Virus record (IMG/VR): IMGVR_UViG_3300021961_000023
Length of the DNA: 64,000 nucleotides
Strand: one strand, 5' to 3'
Origin: a virus
The position numbers and the translations under genes are program-made. This document shows positions 8,921-16,718 of the stretch, piece after piece. The notes under the pieces were generated by a model. The model did no database searches and was not told the origin of the DNA. It worked only from the letters and a program-made list of their open reading frames with translations. Within the stretch, counting starts at the first letter, position 1; every line of letters starts with the position of its first letter.

Positions 8921-9705
8921 GTGAAGATATTCCTTGGGTGATTGGATTGACTGATGAAGAAGTTCAAGAACTCCGCAGTAAGAAACAAGAACTCACAGAA
9001 TATGGAAAGGAGAAAATACGAGAACTTATGAATGATGGTAAGTTGAGGTTTTATGATAAAGGAAAAGAAACTCTCACAATAGATGGTAGTTCTTGGGGGA
9101 AAATCCAAACTCCAGAAATGAAATTAGAGATCAAAGAAATGACACACGAGGAAATGCTTGAAGAAGCAGCAAAACGAGAAGCAGAAAACAAAGCATTAGA
9201 AGCAGTAGAAAAACTTTATGCTGAAAATGGTGATGCTTTAAAAGAACTTGCTGCGATTGAACGACAGGAACTGATTGAACAACTAGAAGTCAAGAAGAAA
9301 GAAAACTTCCGACTGGTTGCAAAGGCGTGTATGCAAGAGTATGAGAAGACATACAATCATGATACATTCCCAATGAGTGAACATTGGGTGTATATGGTCA
9401 GTGAGTATTTTGGCACAGGTGAAGGTCAAACTACCTGCATTATGATGACACAGGCAAGTCCTGGTCATGCGGAAGATTTTGAAACCTCTACCAATAAGTA
9501 TGTTGCTTGCACAACCAAAGAATATCGTGCAGTGCGTGAGTTTCATAAACAGTTTGGCACTTGGATGTTGCACGGATTGAAGTTTGTAACCAAAGAGGAT
9601 TTCTTTGCAAGTTATGCATATTACATTCCACCAGTGATGATGAAACTGTCTAATAAACCGTGTTATAAAACTTTCTACACTTACGTTCACTACAACTTCT
9701 CATGA
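8917..9705 (+). CDS. Hypothetical protein (apparent fusion of several small modules)
   Basis: 262-aa ORF with an internal MTHEEMLEEA-type start and coiled coil. Confidence 0.7.
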   Translation: MSEDIPWVIGLTDEEVQELRSKKQELTEYGKEKIRELMNDGKLRFYDKGKETLTIDGSSWGKIQTPEMKLEIKEMTHEEMLEEAAKREAENKALEAVEKLYAENGDALKELAAIERQELIEQLEVKKKENFRLVAKACMQEYEKTYNHDTFPMSEHWVYMVSEYFGTGEGQTTCIMMTQASPGHAEDFETSTNKYVACTTKEYRAVREFHKQFGTWMLHGLKFVTKEDFFASYAYYIPPVMMKLSNKPCYKTFYTYVHYNFS

Positions 9706-9896
9706 CCGATAAAGAACTCTACAACCCCGATGAGTTTCTGCTTGATAACATCAAAGGGTATCACTATGAGGTGATGGATGAAGGGCATCATGTGTGGATG
9801 GCATTCTATTTTGAGAATGGCAACACAGGACACTTGAATATCTTCCTGAATGATGGTAAGATTAACACACGTTATGAGGAATGGGTGAATGACTGA
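9702..9896 (+). CDS. Hypothetical protein
   Basis: Coupled ORF. Confidence 0.65.
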   Translation: MTDKELYNPDEFLLDNIKGYHYEVMDEGHHVWMAFYFENGNTGHLNIFLNDGKINTRYEEWVND

Positions 9897-10116
9897 CAGA
9901 GACACCTATTATAATATGAGTAAGTGGGATTGGTTCCTTGAGGGATTCCGTCACCTTCCTTATATCCTTGATTGTTATGAGACCGTAGAGCACTTTCCTG
10001 ATGACTTCTGGGAGGGATTATCTTGGGGTTGGATGACAGAATATATCTATCCTTATGATGATCCTTACAATCCTTATCTGTCACGTGAAAGAAAGTTGAG
10101 ACTGGGAAGATGGTAA
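9889..10116 (+). CDS. Hypothetical Trp-rich protein
   Basis: Coupled ORF. Confidence 0.6.
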   Translation: MTDRDTYYNMSKWDWFLEGFRHLPYILDCYETVEHFPDDFWEGLSWGWMTEYIYPYDDPYNPYLSRERKLRLGRW

Positions 10117-10439
10117 TACTTCATAAACTCATAATCACCAACAAGTATCTCCGTTACACTCCATTCTGGTGGTGGTGGAGGTTAATGTCCCACGAAGGTT
10201 TCAGGTTTGATGACTACTATGTGTGGGGTGAGTTCTGGCATTCTCTCAGTAGTGGATGGGAGCATATGGAATATGTGAATGAGTTTGAGAAGTATTGGGG
10301 TGAAGGTTCCTATCCACCAGAGAAGATTGTTCTACCCAAAGAGGACTTTGATGCTCTGGTAGATAAGTTGAATGAACCACCACAATATAATGAAAGTATT
10401 GCTAAACTATTAACTCGTAAAGCACCTTGGGACACTTGA
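10110..10439 (+). CDS. Trp-rich protein with DUF1778-like C-terminus
   Basis: IVLPKEDFDALVDKLNEPPQYNESIAKLL. Confidence 0.6.
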   Translation: MVILHKLIITNKYLRYTPFWWWWRLMSHEGFRFDDYYVWGEFWHSLSSGWEHMEYVNEFEKYWGEGSYPPEKIVLPKEDFDALVDKLNEPPQYNESIAKLLTRKAPWDT

Positions 10440-10487
10440 ATAACTGTCACATGACCCCTTGAAATAAGACGGTTTTGGTCTTATAGT
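10428..10487 (+). promoter_or_regulatory. Early promoter cassette 5
   Basis: TGGGACACT-TGAATA-ACTGTCACA; TTGAAA-N17-TATAGT. Confidence 0.8.
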
Positions 10488-10512
10488 AGTTTCATACTCA
10501 AGGCATATTCAA

Positions 10513-10722
10513 ATGACTTACGATGAACTCTACGACCATGTTGTAAAGTATGTTGCTATGCCGCATACTACCATCACAGAGCATGATAAACGCCGTGCTT
10601 GTCTTATTCTAGGTGCTTTCATGGAGTTTATTCTTGACTGTCAGGACGAAGGTGTTGATTTGAATCCGATTGCTATTAATGATATTGTGAATGAGAAACT
10701 TGATGTATTGGAGGGCAAATGA
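10513..10722 (+). CDS. Hypothetical protein
   Basis: First ORF after cassette 5. Confidence 0.65.
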   Translation: MTYDELYDHVVKYVAMPHTTITEHDKRRACLILGAFMEFILDCQDEGVDLNPIAINDIVNEKLDVLEGK

Positions 10723-10985
10723 GTTTTTCTAAGACTATTTCTGTTGTTGCCGCACTTGGCAGTATCTTCAGTGTCGGTCTTGCAAGTTGGAAAATTTCTG
10801 AGGACATTAAAAACTCACAAACTTCTCCTTTGGAGCAGAAAATCCAAGAACTTGAAAAAGAAATAGAAGAAGCAAAGAAACCAGTTGAACAGGTGGCACA
10901 ACCTCAGGTTCAACTCACACCACAACCGACTACACTACCTCCAGTAGCACCACCGCCACCAGCACCAACGGAAACACAACCATGA
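10719..10985 (+). CDS. Membrane-anchored coiled-coil protein with Pro-rich tail
   Basis: TM helix, coil, PPPP tail. Confidence 0.65.
   Translation: MSFSKTISVVAALGSIFSVGLASWKISEDIKNSQTSPLEQKIQELEKEIEEAKKPVEQVAQPQVQLTPQPTTLPPVAPPPPAPTETQP
10877..10936 (+). promoter_or_regulatory. Early promoter cassette 6 (inside a CDS)
   Basis: gaaaCCAGT-TGAACA-GGTGGCACA; TACACT 30 nt downstream. Confidence 0.55.
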
Positions 10986-11242
10986 AAATGCGTATCATTC
11001 AAAAACCATCATTGACTGGTCATCCTGATGTTCATTGGTATCATTCTCAAGTAAAACGCTTTGGTTTTTGGGTAGATTGCCGCGATGACTTGTTTATGCT
11101 GTTGAGGTTTTCCAGTGAAATGATGGCACAATCCCATGATACCAATATGGGCAGAGTTCAAACTTTTGTAGAATATGCTATGCGTGGTGAAGATATGTTT
11201 CCTAAAAGCAAAACCAAAGTTATCAAGGAGTATTCAAAATGA
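10982..11242 (+). CDS. Hypothetical protein
   Basis: Coupled ORF. Confidence 0.65.
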   Translation: MKMRIIQKPSLTGHPDVHWYHSQVKRFGFWVDCRDDLFMLLRFSSEMMAQSHDTNMGRVQTFVEYAMRGEDMFPKSKTKVIKEYSK

Positions 11243-11535
11243 GCGGCGGTCATTTCGGTAACTGCGGTTACGACTATTACAAGGTAGCACAGTTTGCTGA
11301 TGAGTTAGAAGAAGAGATTCTTCGCAATGGTAAGAAACGTGAAGATGGTGGATACTATGGTGAAGAGTATTATCCTGCTTTTGATGAAGAATGTATTGAA
11401 TACATGAAAGAGCAACTGCCGAAGATGCGTAAGATGGCAGAGATCATGAGACATATTGATTATCTGTACTCTGGTGATCATGGTGATGATAGTTTCATGG
11501 AACGTGTGAAAGAAGTGGAAGCAAAGTATGACTGA
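11239..11535 (+). CDS. Conserved phage hypothetical protein
   Basis: MSGGHF.....IDYLYSGDHGDDSF. Confidence 0.7.
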   Translation: MSGGHFGNCGYDYYKVAQFADELEEEILRNGKKREDGGYYGEEYYPAFDEECIEYMKEQLPKMRKMAEIMRHIDYLYSGDHGDDSFMERVKEVEAKYD

Positions 11536-11848
11536 TCTCTCTAAACTCTCCTACAAAGAACTTCACCAACTTGAAAAACAAATTGAAGAACGCAAAGAAA
11601 CATTGCGTAAGTCAAAGGATTGTGTTGAAGGATATAAGATCACCTTCTGTGTGAAGTTTAATCCTGCTAAACACCAATTTGATGAATTGAAAAGTTCAGA
11701 AGAGTTTGGTGAATACTTGGCAAATGATGTGACAGATTATATTGTTAAAGATGGTTTTCCTGATTTGATTGTGAGTGGTTTTGAGGTTGAAGAGATGGAT
11801 GAGTATTCTAAGGTAGAGTGGAAGGACTTCTGGGAGAGTGAAGTATGA
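11528..11848 (+). CDS. Hypothetical protein
   Basis: Coupled ORF; N-terminal DLSKLS..EL..L coil. Confidence 0.65.
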   Translation: MTDLSKLSYKELHQLEKQIEERKETLRKSKDCVEGYKITFCVKFNPAKHQFDELKSSEEFGEYLANDVTDYIVKDGFPDLIVSGFEVEEMDEYSKVEWKDFWESEV

Positions 11849-11969
11849 AACTCCCATATGTGCTAAAATCATGGTATTATCACATCACAGGATACTGGGA
11901 GAAGAAACTACCACATCTTCCTGGTGCTAATTCTAAACAGTTTTGGAACATCATTAACGGTAATTGATT

Positions 11970-12155
11970 ATGGTCGAAAAAGTAAAGTTTGTAACTGTCA
12001 CTCGTGTGATTGATGACCGCAAAGGTATTCATTACCTTGATGCTATTGATGTGAATGGGTATCACTGGACAGCAGAGATGGATAACAACCAAGAGAAATG
12101 GTTAGTGTACTCTAAACTGTGGACCAGAGACCCTCAACAACCTTATGATTTATGA
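11970..12155 (+). CDS. Hypothetical protein
   Basis: ORF continuity. Confidence 0.6.
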   Translation: MVEKVKFVTVTRVIDDRKGIHYLDAIDVNGYHWTAEMDNNQEKWLVYSKLWTRDPQQPYDL

Positions 12156-12367
12156 AAAACTATCGCATCAAAAAAGTAACAGACGGACACTCAACCAGAT
12201 ACTACCCACAACACAAAAGATTTGGATTGTTTTGGTATAATCTATTTGTAGACGAATATAGGGATGGTGATTATTCTACATTTGAAGAAGCACAGTGGCA
12301 CCTTTGTAACTATTTGAGAGAACCTGTGGTAGAATATTTGTCCTTTGAATGTGGAGAGCCCCAGTGA
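12152..12367 (+). CDS. Hypothetical protein
   Basis: YRI...YYPQ.K.FG.FW pattern, similar to 10982..11242. Confidence 0.6.
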   Translation: MKNYRIKKVTDGHSTRYYPQHKRFGLFWYNLFVDEYRDGDYSTFEEAQWHLCNYLREPVVEYLSFECGEPQ

Positions 12368-12582
12368 CCGACATCAAACTCTGTAAAGATTGTAAGTGGT
12401 ATAAGAAAGATTGGTTTGAACACCTCACTTATGGTGGAGACCGATTTGATACTTGCCATAATCCAGTAGTGAGTGGCAATCTGGTGACTGGAAAAGTCAA
12501 AGGTGGTCGTTTTTGTGATATGATGAGATTGTCTTATGGTAGATGTGGTAATGAAGGTAAGTATTGGGAGGCACGGAAATGA
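12364..12582 (+). CDS. Small Cys-rich protein
   Basis: CKDCKW...C...C...CG..GKYWE. Confidence 0.65.
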   Translation: MTDIKLCKDCKWYKKDWFEHLTYGGDRFDTCHNPVVSGNLVTGKVKGGRFCDMMRLSYGRCGNEGKYWEARK

Positions 12583-12887
12583 CTGAATGGAAACCTGAAA
12601 AGAATATCTCATCTCCTTGGGATGTTGATGTGCGGGAGAATAACATAGGACAACCAATAAATCCTGAATTGACGGTAGATCCAGATTGGTATAGGTATAA
12701 AACTAAATTTCCTGACTATCAACTCATTCACAATCCAAAACTATCCAACTGGACTTGTTATTTGTTTGGTGGTTCTCCTGGTAATGGTATCCAATGGACA
12801 CCAAACAAAGGAAAAGTGCCTAATGCTTGGTATAGGTTCTGGATGAAAGTATTCTTTGATTGCAAGTGGGTGAAGAATGATGATTGA
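12579..12887 (+). CDS. Hypothetical protein
   Basis: GGAGG RBS; coupled. Confidence 0.65.
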   Translation: MTEWKPEKNISSPWDVDVRENNIGQPINPELTVDPDWYRYKTKFPDYQLIHNPKLSNWTCYLFGGSPGNGIQWTPNKGKVPNAWYRFWMKVFFDCKWVKNDD

Positions 12888-13107
12888 TGAACTGAATAAA
12901 CCAACTCTTTATGAGAAACTGGAAGAATGGGTTGATTATGGAAACTTCGCACAATCCAGACATGTTCTTGTGAATGAGATTGTGAGTATTGTAAAAGATT
13001 GGTTGCCGAAAGAACAATCTGCTGCTGGTTCTCAAAATGTGTATGTTGAATGTACAGTAGAAGGTTTCAACGATTGTCTTAACAAAATCAAGAGGAAACT
13101 ACGATAA
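12877..13107 (+). CDS. Hypothetical protein
   Basis: WLPKEQSAAGSQN..VE..VEGFNDCL. Confidence 0.65.
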   Translation: MMIDELNKPTLYEKLEEWVDYGNFAQSRHVLVNEIVSIVKDWLPKEQSAAGSQNVYVECTVEGFNDCLNKIKRKLR

Positions 13108-13301
13108 TGCCGTTCTTTCCTGATTGCTATGATGAGTGGGGTCTTTACAAGATTACCTATGATGGAGACCACAAACTATACGAAATGCTGTTTGAGGGAA
13201 CTGAAGAAGAGTGTCGTCAATATGCTTATGATAACTATACCGACAAAGAGCAAACTGATATGTGTCTGATGGATTGGGAAGCAAGGGAGTGGAGTGTATG
13301 A
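13107..13301 (+). CDS. Small acidic hypothetical protein
   Basis: TAATG coupling. Confidence 0.6.
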   Translation: MPFFPDCYDEWGLYKITYDGDHKLYEMLFEGTEEECRQYAYDNYTDKEQTDMCLMDWEAREWSV

Positions 13302-13513
13302 TGACTAAAGAAGAACTTAAAAGTTTCACCACATCATTGGTAGATCATTACCAAGTGGCATACAAGTATGATAAAGGAGATTCAGAAGAGTATCGTACAC
13401 AAAAACATGATACAATGAGAATGGCACTTGCTGCTGCCAACTTCCTTGACGCACGAGGAGATTATACTATCATCTCTGTGACACCTATCTACAAAAACTA
13501 CGGACAGGATTGA
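13298..13513 (+). CDS. Hypothetical protein
   Basis: GGAG RBS; coupled. Confidence 0.6.
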   Translation: MMTKEELKSFTTSLVDHYQVAYKYDKGDSEEYRTQKHDTMRMALAAANFLDARGDYTIISVTPIYKNYGQD

Positions 13514-13683
13514 TGAGAAGTAAAACTTATTTACAGTATGTTGCGATTCCTGCACTTGCATTTTTCTTTTCTGCGATTGTATCCTATAATCTAACACCAG
13601 AGAGGACACCACAACACACTTCTACTGTTTCTGGATCTTCTGGTGATCTTATCTGCACAACGTCTTGTAAAGTGAAGGAATAA
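13513..13683 (+). CDS. Small membrane protein (56 aa)
   Basis: TGATG coupling, TM helix. Confidence 0.55.
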   Translation: MRSKTYLQYVAIPALAFFFSAIVSYNLTPERTPQHTSTVSGSSGDLICTTSCKVKE

Positions 13684-13685
13684 TC

Positions 13686-13844
13686 ATGTTTGAAACTAAA
13701 ACCTCCTGGTGGTTTGAAAAACAATCAAATAAACAATGGTTAAACCGTGCTCAATCAAAACTTGAAGAAGTTGTAGAACGACACGATGATGATATTGAAC
13801 AGATTGAAAGACGATTACGTTATTTGGAAGACCAACTACCATGA
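13686..13844 (+). CDS. Small coiled-coil protein (52 aa)
   Basis: AAGGA RBS; read manually. Confidence 0.55.
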   Translation: MFETKTSWWFEKQSNKQWLNRAQSKLEEVVERHDDDIEQIERRLRYLEDQLP

Positions 13845-13987
13845 CTTATACTGTATCTTATCTCAAACCAAAGAAGAAAGGATATGCACAACAGACTGCT
13901 ACGTTTCTAAAGATTGAAGATGCGATTCTATGGGAGAAACATGTATTAAAGGAAGGTGCTAAAGATCTACAAATCCTAGTATCTTAA
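13841..13987 (+). CDS. Small hypothetical protein (48 aa)
   Basis: YLKPKKKGYAQQTATFLKIEDAILWE; converges on the HNH gene. Confidence 0.6.
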   Translation: MTYTVSYLKPKKKGYAQQTATFLKIEDAILWEKHVLKEGAKDLQILVS

Positions 13988-14433
13988 ACGTTATTGTAAC
14001 GTACCTGATCAGTTAATACTTTAATGTATTTTCTTATCTTATGCCATTCCTCTGTAGGCATGATTGTCATACCATTAGGTAGGTGAGTAATCTCTTCTAC
14101 TCTATCTACTACTTCTACCTTTGGTCTTTTAACTCCTGCTCTAATCCAATGTAAGTTAGATGCATGATTATTAAACTTATCACCATCTAAGTGTTCAACA
14201 ACTCTATTCTTTGAGTATCCTTCACAGTAGAGGAATGCAACTAATCTATGAACATAAAAGGATCTTGATCTCTTTCTCTCTTTATCATAAACACTTACCG
14301 CAAAGTATTCTACACCCTTTGATCTACGGATAAACTGTTTGAGTTTCCTATTTGTTTTATTGTTAAAGACCTCTCCTTTCTCTGTTACTGTAAGGTTCTC
14401 TAATGAAGGATCTAAACTCCTCAAAGACTTCAT
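13984..14433 (-). CDS. HNH endonuclease-domain protein (NUMOD4/HNH_3-like)
   Basis: VHRLVAFLY....VEHLDGDKFNNHASNLHW; only credible minus-strand gene; ATG at 14433. Confidence 0.8.
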   Translation of the reverse strand: MKSLRSLDPSLENLTVTEKGEVFNNKTNRKLKQFIRRSKGVEYFAVSVYDKERKRSRSFYVHRLVAFLYCEGYSKNRVVEHLDGDKFNNHASNLHWIRAGVKRPKVEVVDRVEEITHLPNGMTIMPTEEWHKIRKYIKVLTDQVRYNNV

Positions 14434-14441
14434 AATCTGCT

Positions 14442-14581
14442 GCAACTAGTTGGACTATGTTATATAGGGTATTCTGCTGCAACAATGGTTGGAGTATATT
14501 ATGATATAGCGCAACTAGGTTGAAGTAGGAATAAATGTTAAAATTAATATGGTTGAGAGTATAGTGCAACGGGTTGGAGTA
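14442..14581. repeat. Five degenerate GCAAC-N2-4-GTTGGAGTA repeats
   Basis: Copies at 14442, 14479, 14511, 14551 (half copy), 14566; another at 15004. Confidence 0.65.
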
Positions 14582-14715
14582 GGTGAATCTCGACGAGAAA
14601 CCTGCATACTTATGTTGAATCTCGACGAGAAATGTGTGATCTTATGTTGAATAATGTGTGATCTTATGCTAAATCTCGACGAGAAATGTGTGATCTTATA
14701 GTCATCTTAGCCCGC

Positions 14716-14744
14716 ATTATATCAGATCTCGTCTAGAATGTCAA
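14716..14744 (-). promoter_or_regulatory. Perfect-consensus leftward sigma70 promoter
   Basis: Minus strand TTGACA (14744-14739)-N17-TATAAT (14721-14716). Confidence 0.8.
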
Positions 14745-14779
14745 TACGCCCGTGTCAGAAAATCTCGACGAGACGCACA

Positions 14780-14809
14780 TTGACATATAGGCATCATTCA
14801 TGGTATTAT
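14780..14809 (+). promoter_or_regulatory. Rightward sigma70 promoter
   Basis: TTGACA-N18-TATTAT with extended TG. Confidence 0.75.
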
Positions 14810-15054
14810 ATAATCTCGACGAGATCCACATGAATCCGCAGCACTATACTGCAATACATCTCGACTAGATTATGCAGCATATCGCAGCATTATACTGCAA
14901 TACTCGTTGCACTAGATCTCGACGAGACACAGTGACACACTGCACATGCTTCAACCACACGTTGCACTAGATCTCGACGACATATACAGCGTCATAATAT
15001 ACTGCAACGTATGGTTGGACTAGATGCATATATAATAGCGTCCAGATGTTACAC

Positions 15055-15083
15055 TTGACGCAGGACGCCATATCTGTTATCAT
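15055..15083 (+). promoter_or_regulatory. sigma70 promoter
   Basis: TTGACG-N17-TATCAT with extended TG. Confidence 0.7.
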
Positions 15084-15108
15084 ACTTGTTGTATCGCACA
15101 GGTTTCCT

Positions 15109-15279
15109 ATGATCACGTATGCACAGAAGCAAAAGTATCGCATCACCCTGGAAGTCGAGGTGATGGATGACTTTGACCCCTATCAGATTGAGTGGAAAAA
15201 TGTACTTCTCCTGGAGGGAAATGAGTCCTGCCAGGCATATATTGAGGATCTTAGCAGAGTTGATGAACTTAAATGGTAA
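15109..15279 (+). CDS. Hypothetical protein
   Basis: ATG 15109 after the promoter. Confidence 0.6.
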   Translation: MITYAQKQKYRITLEVEVMDDFDPYQIEWKNVLLLEGNESCQAYIEDLSRVDELKW

Positions 15280-15281
15280 CT

Positions 15282-15341
15282 TGTGCCAGTTGTTAAAGTG
15301 TCACAGAGGGGGTTGCAATGCCCCCTTTTTGATGCAATGAT
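15282..15341 (+). promoter_or_regulatory. Early promoter cassette 7
   Basis: TGTGCCAGT-TGTTAA-AGTGTCACA; TTGCAA-N17-AATGAT. Confidence 0.75.
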
Positions 15342-15367
15342 ACACAAGTCGTCGAGATTGATGTAAC

Positions 15368-15529
15368 TTGAAGAACTACCGAGTTCGTGTCGAAACTTAT
15401 GACGGTTGCGTGACGATTTGGCATGAAAAGTCTAAAGCAAAGACTGCTGACAAATTGATACTTAACCGTGTCTACAATCAACTCTGTGGTCTGAATATTA
15501 AAGAGATCGAAGTTACTCCTTCTGTCTGA
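15368..15529 (+). CDS. Hypothetical protein (53 aa, TTG start)
   Basis: Read manually; fills the space after cassette 7. Confidence 0.5.
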   Translation: MKNYRVRVETYDGCVTIWHEKSKAKTADKLILNRVYNQLCGLNIKEIEVTPSV

Positions 15530-15557
15530 ACATTCTCTCGTTAACTAACACAAACTC

Positions 15558-15761
15558 ATGATGACTGATAATACTCTGGAACCCAAAGAACTTCTCGATC
15601 AGGTGTTAACTAAGATCGCACAAAAGTATGTCTTTGGTCTTGAAACTTTGGAGACTCAGAATAGTGATTCTGCAGACTTTTATGATGTCGCAGTGTGGCA
15701 GATTAGAGATGCTCTCAGGGATGCATTCGTGGCAGGAATGCATACAGGTATGACAATCTGA
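15558..15761 (+). CDS. DUF6900-like small protein
   Basis: LETLETQNSDSADFYDVAVWQIRDALRDAF..G. Confidence 0.65.
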   Translation: MMTDNTLEPKELLDQVLTKIAQKYVFGLETLETQNSDSADFYDVAVWQIRDALRDAFVAGMHTGMTI

Positions 15762-15807
15762 GAACTGTCCACTAAATCCCCCAAAGCACCCGATGAGGTG
15801 CAATGAT
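15749..15807 (+). promoter_or_regulatory. Early promoter cassette 8
   Basis: TATGACAAT-CTGAGA-ACTGTCCAC; TGcAATGAT. Confidence 0.7.
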
Positions 15808-15852
15808 ACATTTCGTCGGGCAAATCTCTACATTCCCCCCGATTTAAAGACA

Positions 15853-16179
15853 ATGCAACTCACTCAATCTTTCCCCCCCGTTGATGACATGATCACCAAA
15901 CTGCAGGAGATCGATTACAAGAAACACCTCAATAACTACATGGATTTTGTTGAGACTTTCGTGGTATACATTGCTGCGATTGCTACTGTTCTTTGGGAGA
16001 AGTTTCAAACCATGAAGATCACAACTCCTGATATCATTTCGGATTACTTCTATTTCAACTTTAACATGCGTGCTACATCTGGTGATGAAATCATCGGACT
16101 CAGTATTGGTAACCGTTACGTGGGATTGTATAGCGATTCCCTGAATTGGGGCATTCTTGATGAGAATGGGTGCCTCTGA
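15853..16179 (+). CDS. Hypothetical protein
   Basis: ATG 15853 after cassette 8. Confidence 0.6.
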   Translation: MQLTQSFPPVDDMITKLQEIDYKKHLNNYMDFVETFVVYIAAIATVLWEKFQTMKITTPDIISDYFYFNFNMRATSGDEIIGLSIGNRYVGLYSDSLNWGILDENGCL

Positions 16180-16191
16180 TTAATATTAATC

Positions 16192-16251
16192 TGTGCCAAT
16201 CTGAGAACTGGCACAAGGGGGGTTGTAATGCCCCCCGATCCGTGCAATACT
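16192..16251 (+). promoter_or_regulatory. Early promoter cassette 9
   Basis: TGTGCCAAT-CTGAGA-ACTGGCACA; TTGTAA-N17-AATACT. Confidence 0.8.
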
Positions 16252-16275
16252 AACAAAGTCAAGAAAGGACACGCA

Positions 16276-16404
16276 ATGTTTGATGAACTTTGGTCTGAGA
16301 TTCAAGATGCGCCTGGTGAGATTTTTGATCTCGACATTCCAGAGATTGAAGATCAAGATAGTTTCAACATCAATGAGTATCTGAACGCTGATTATGATTA
16401 TTGA
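16276..16404 (+). CDS. Extremely acidic 42-aa protein
   Basis: AAAGGA RBS; 14 D/E and no K/R. Confidence 0.65.
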   Translation: MFDELWSEIQDAPGEIFDLDIPEIEDQDSFNINEYLNADYDY

Positions 16405-16442
16405 TCTGATCGCATCTGTTGTCCTTCGTTATCACTTCCATC

Positions 16443-16589
16443 ATGTTCACTTCTGAAGAACTTACCGCACTTCTTTCTTTGATTGAGTTTCATGATGATT
16501 GGGAAGAGGTGAGTGAAATCGTAGGTGCAGATGTTCCTGCATTGTATGAGAAACTTCACAACATGTTAGCATACGCTACTCAAGGGTGA
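16443..16589 (+). CDS. Small acidic protein (48 aa)
   Basis: Read manually. Confidence 0.55.
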   Translation: MFTSEELTALLSLIEFHDDWEEVSEIVGADVPALYEKLHNMLAYATQG

Positions 16590-16717
16590 TGAATAACTTT
16601 ATCTTCGGAGTTGTTGCTGGCATTGTGTTAGCAACTGTTGGTTTCAATGGTATGGCACAGATGGGAAATCGTGCTGTGCAAGGTATTCAATCATTCGCCC
16701 AATCTTCTGCAAACTGA
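16589..16717 (+). CDS. Small membrane protein (42 aa)
   Basis: FIFGVVAGIVLATVGF TM helix; coupled. Confidence 0.55.
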   Translation: MNNFIFGVVAGIVLATVGFNGMAQMGNRAVQGIQSFAQSSAN

Positions 16718-16718
16718 C

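Larger units (their letters stand above)
14587..14980. repeat. Array of nine 12-bp palindromic repeats ATCTCGACGAGA
   Basis: Copies at 14587, 14619, 14673, 14726 (variant), 14762, 14813, 14858 (variant), 14916, 14971 (partial). Confidence 0.92.

Noticed and set aside
14587-14980. CRISPR or TIGR-like guide array
   Set aside because: Repeats are only 12 bp, spacing is irregular (20-45 nt), spacers duplicate each other, and no cas or Nop-domain gene is in the window
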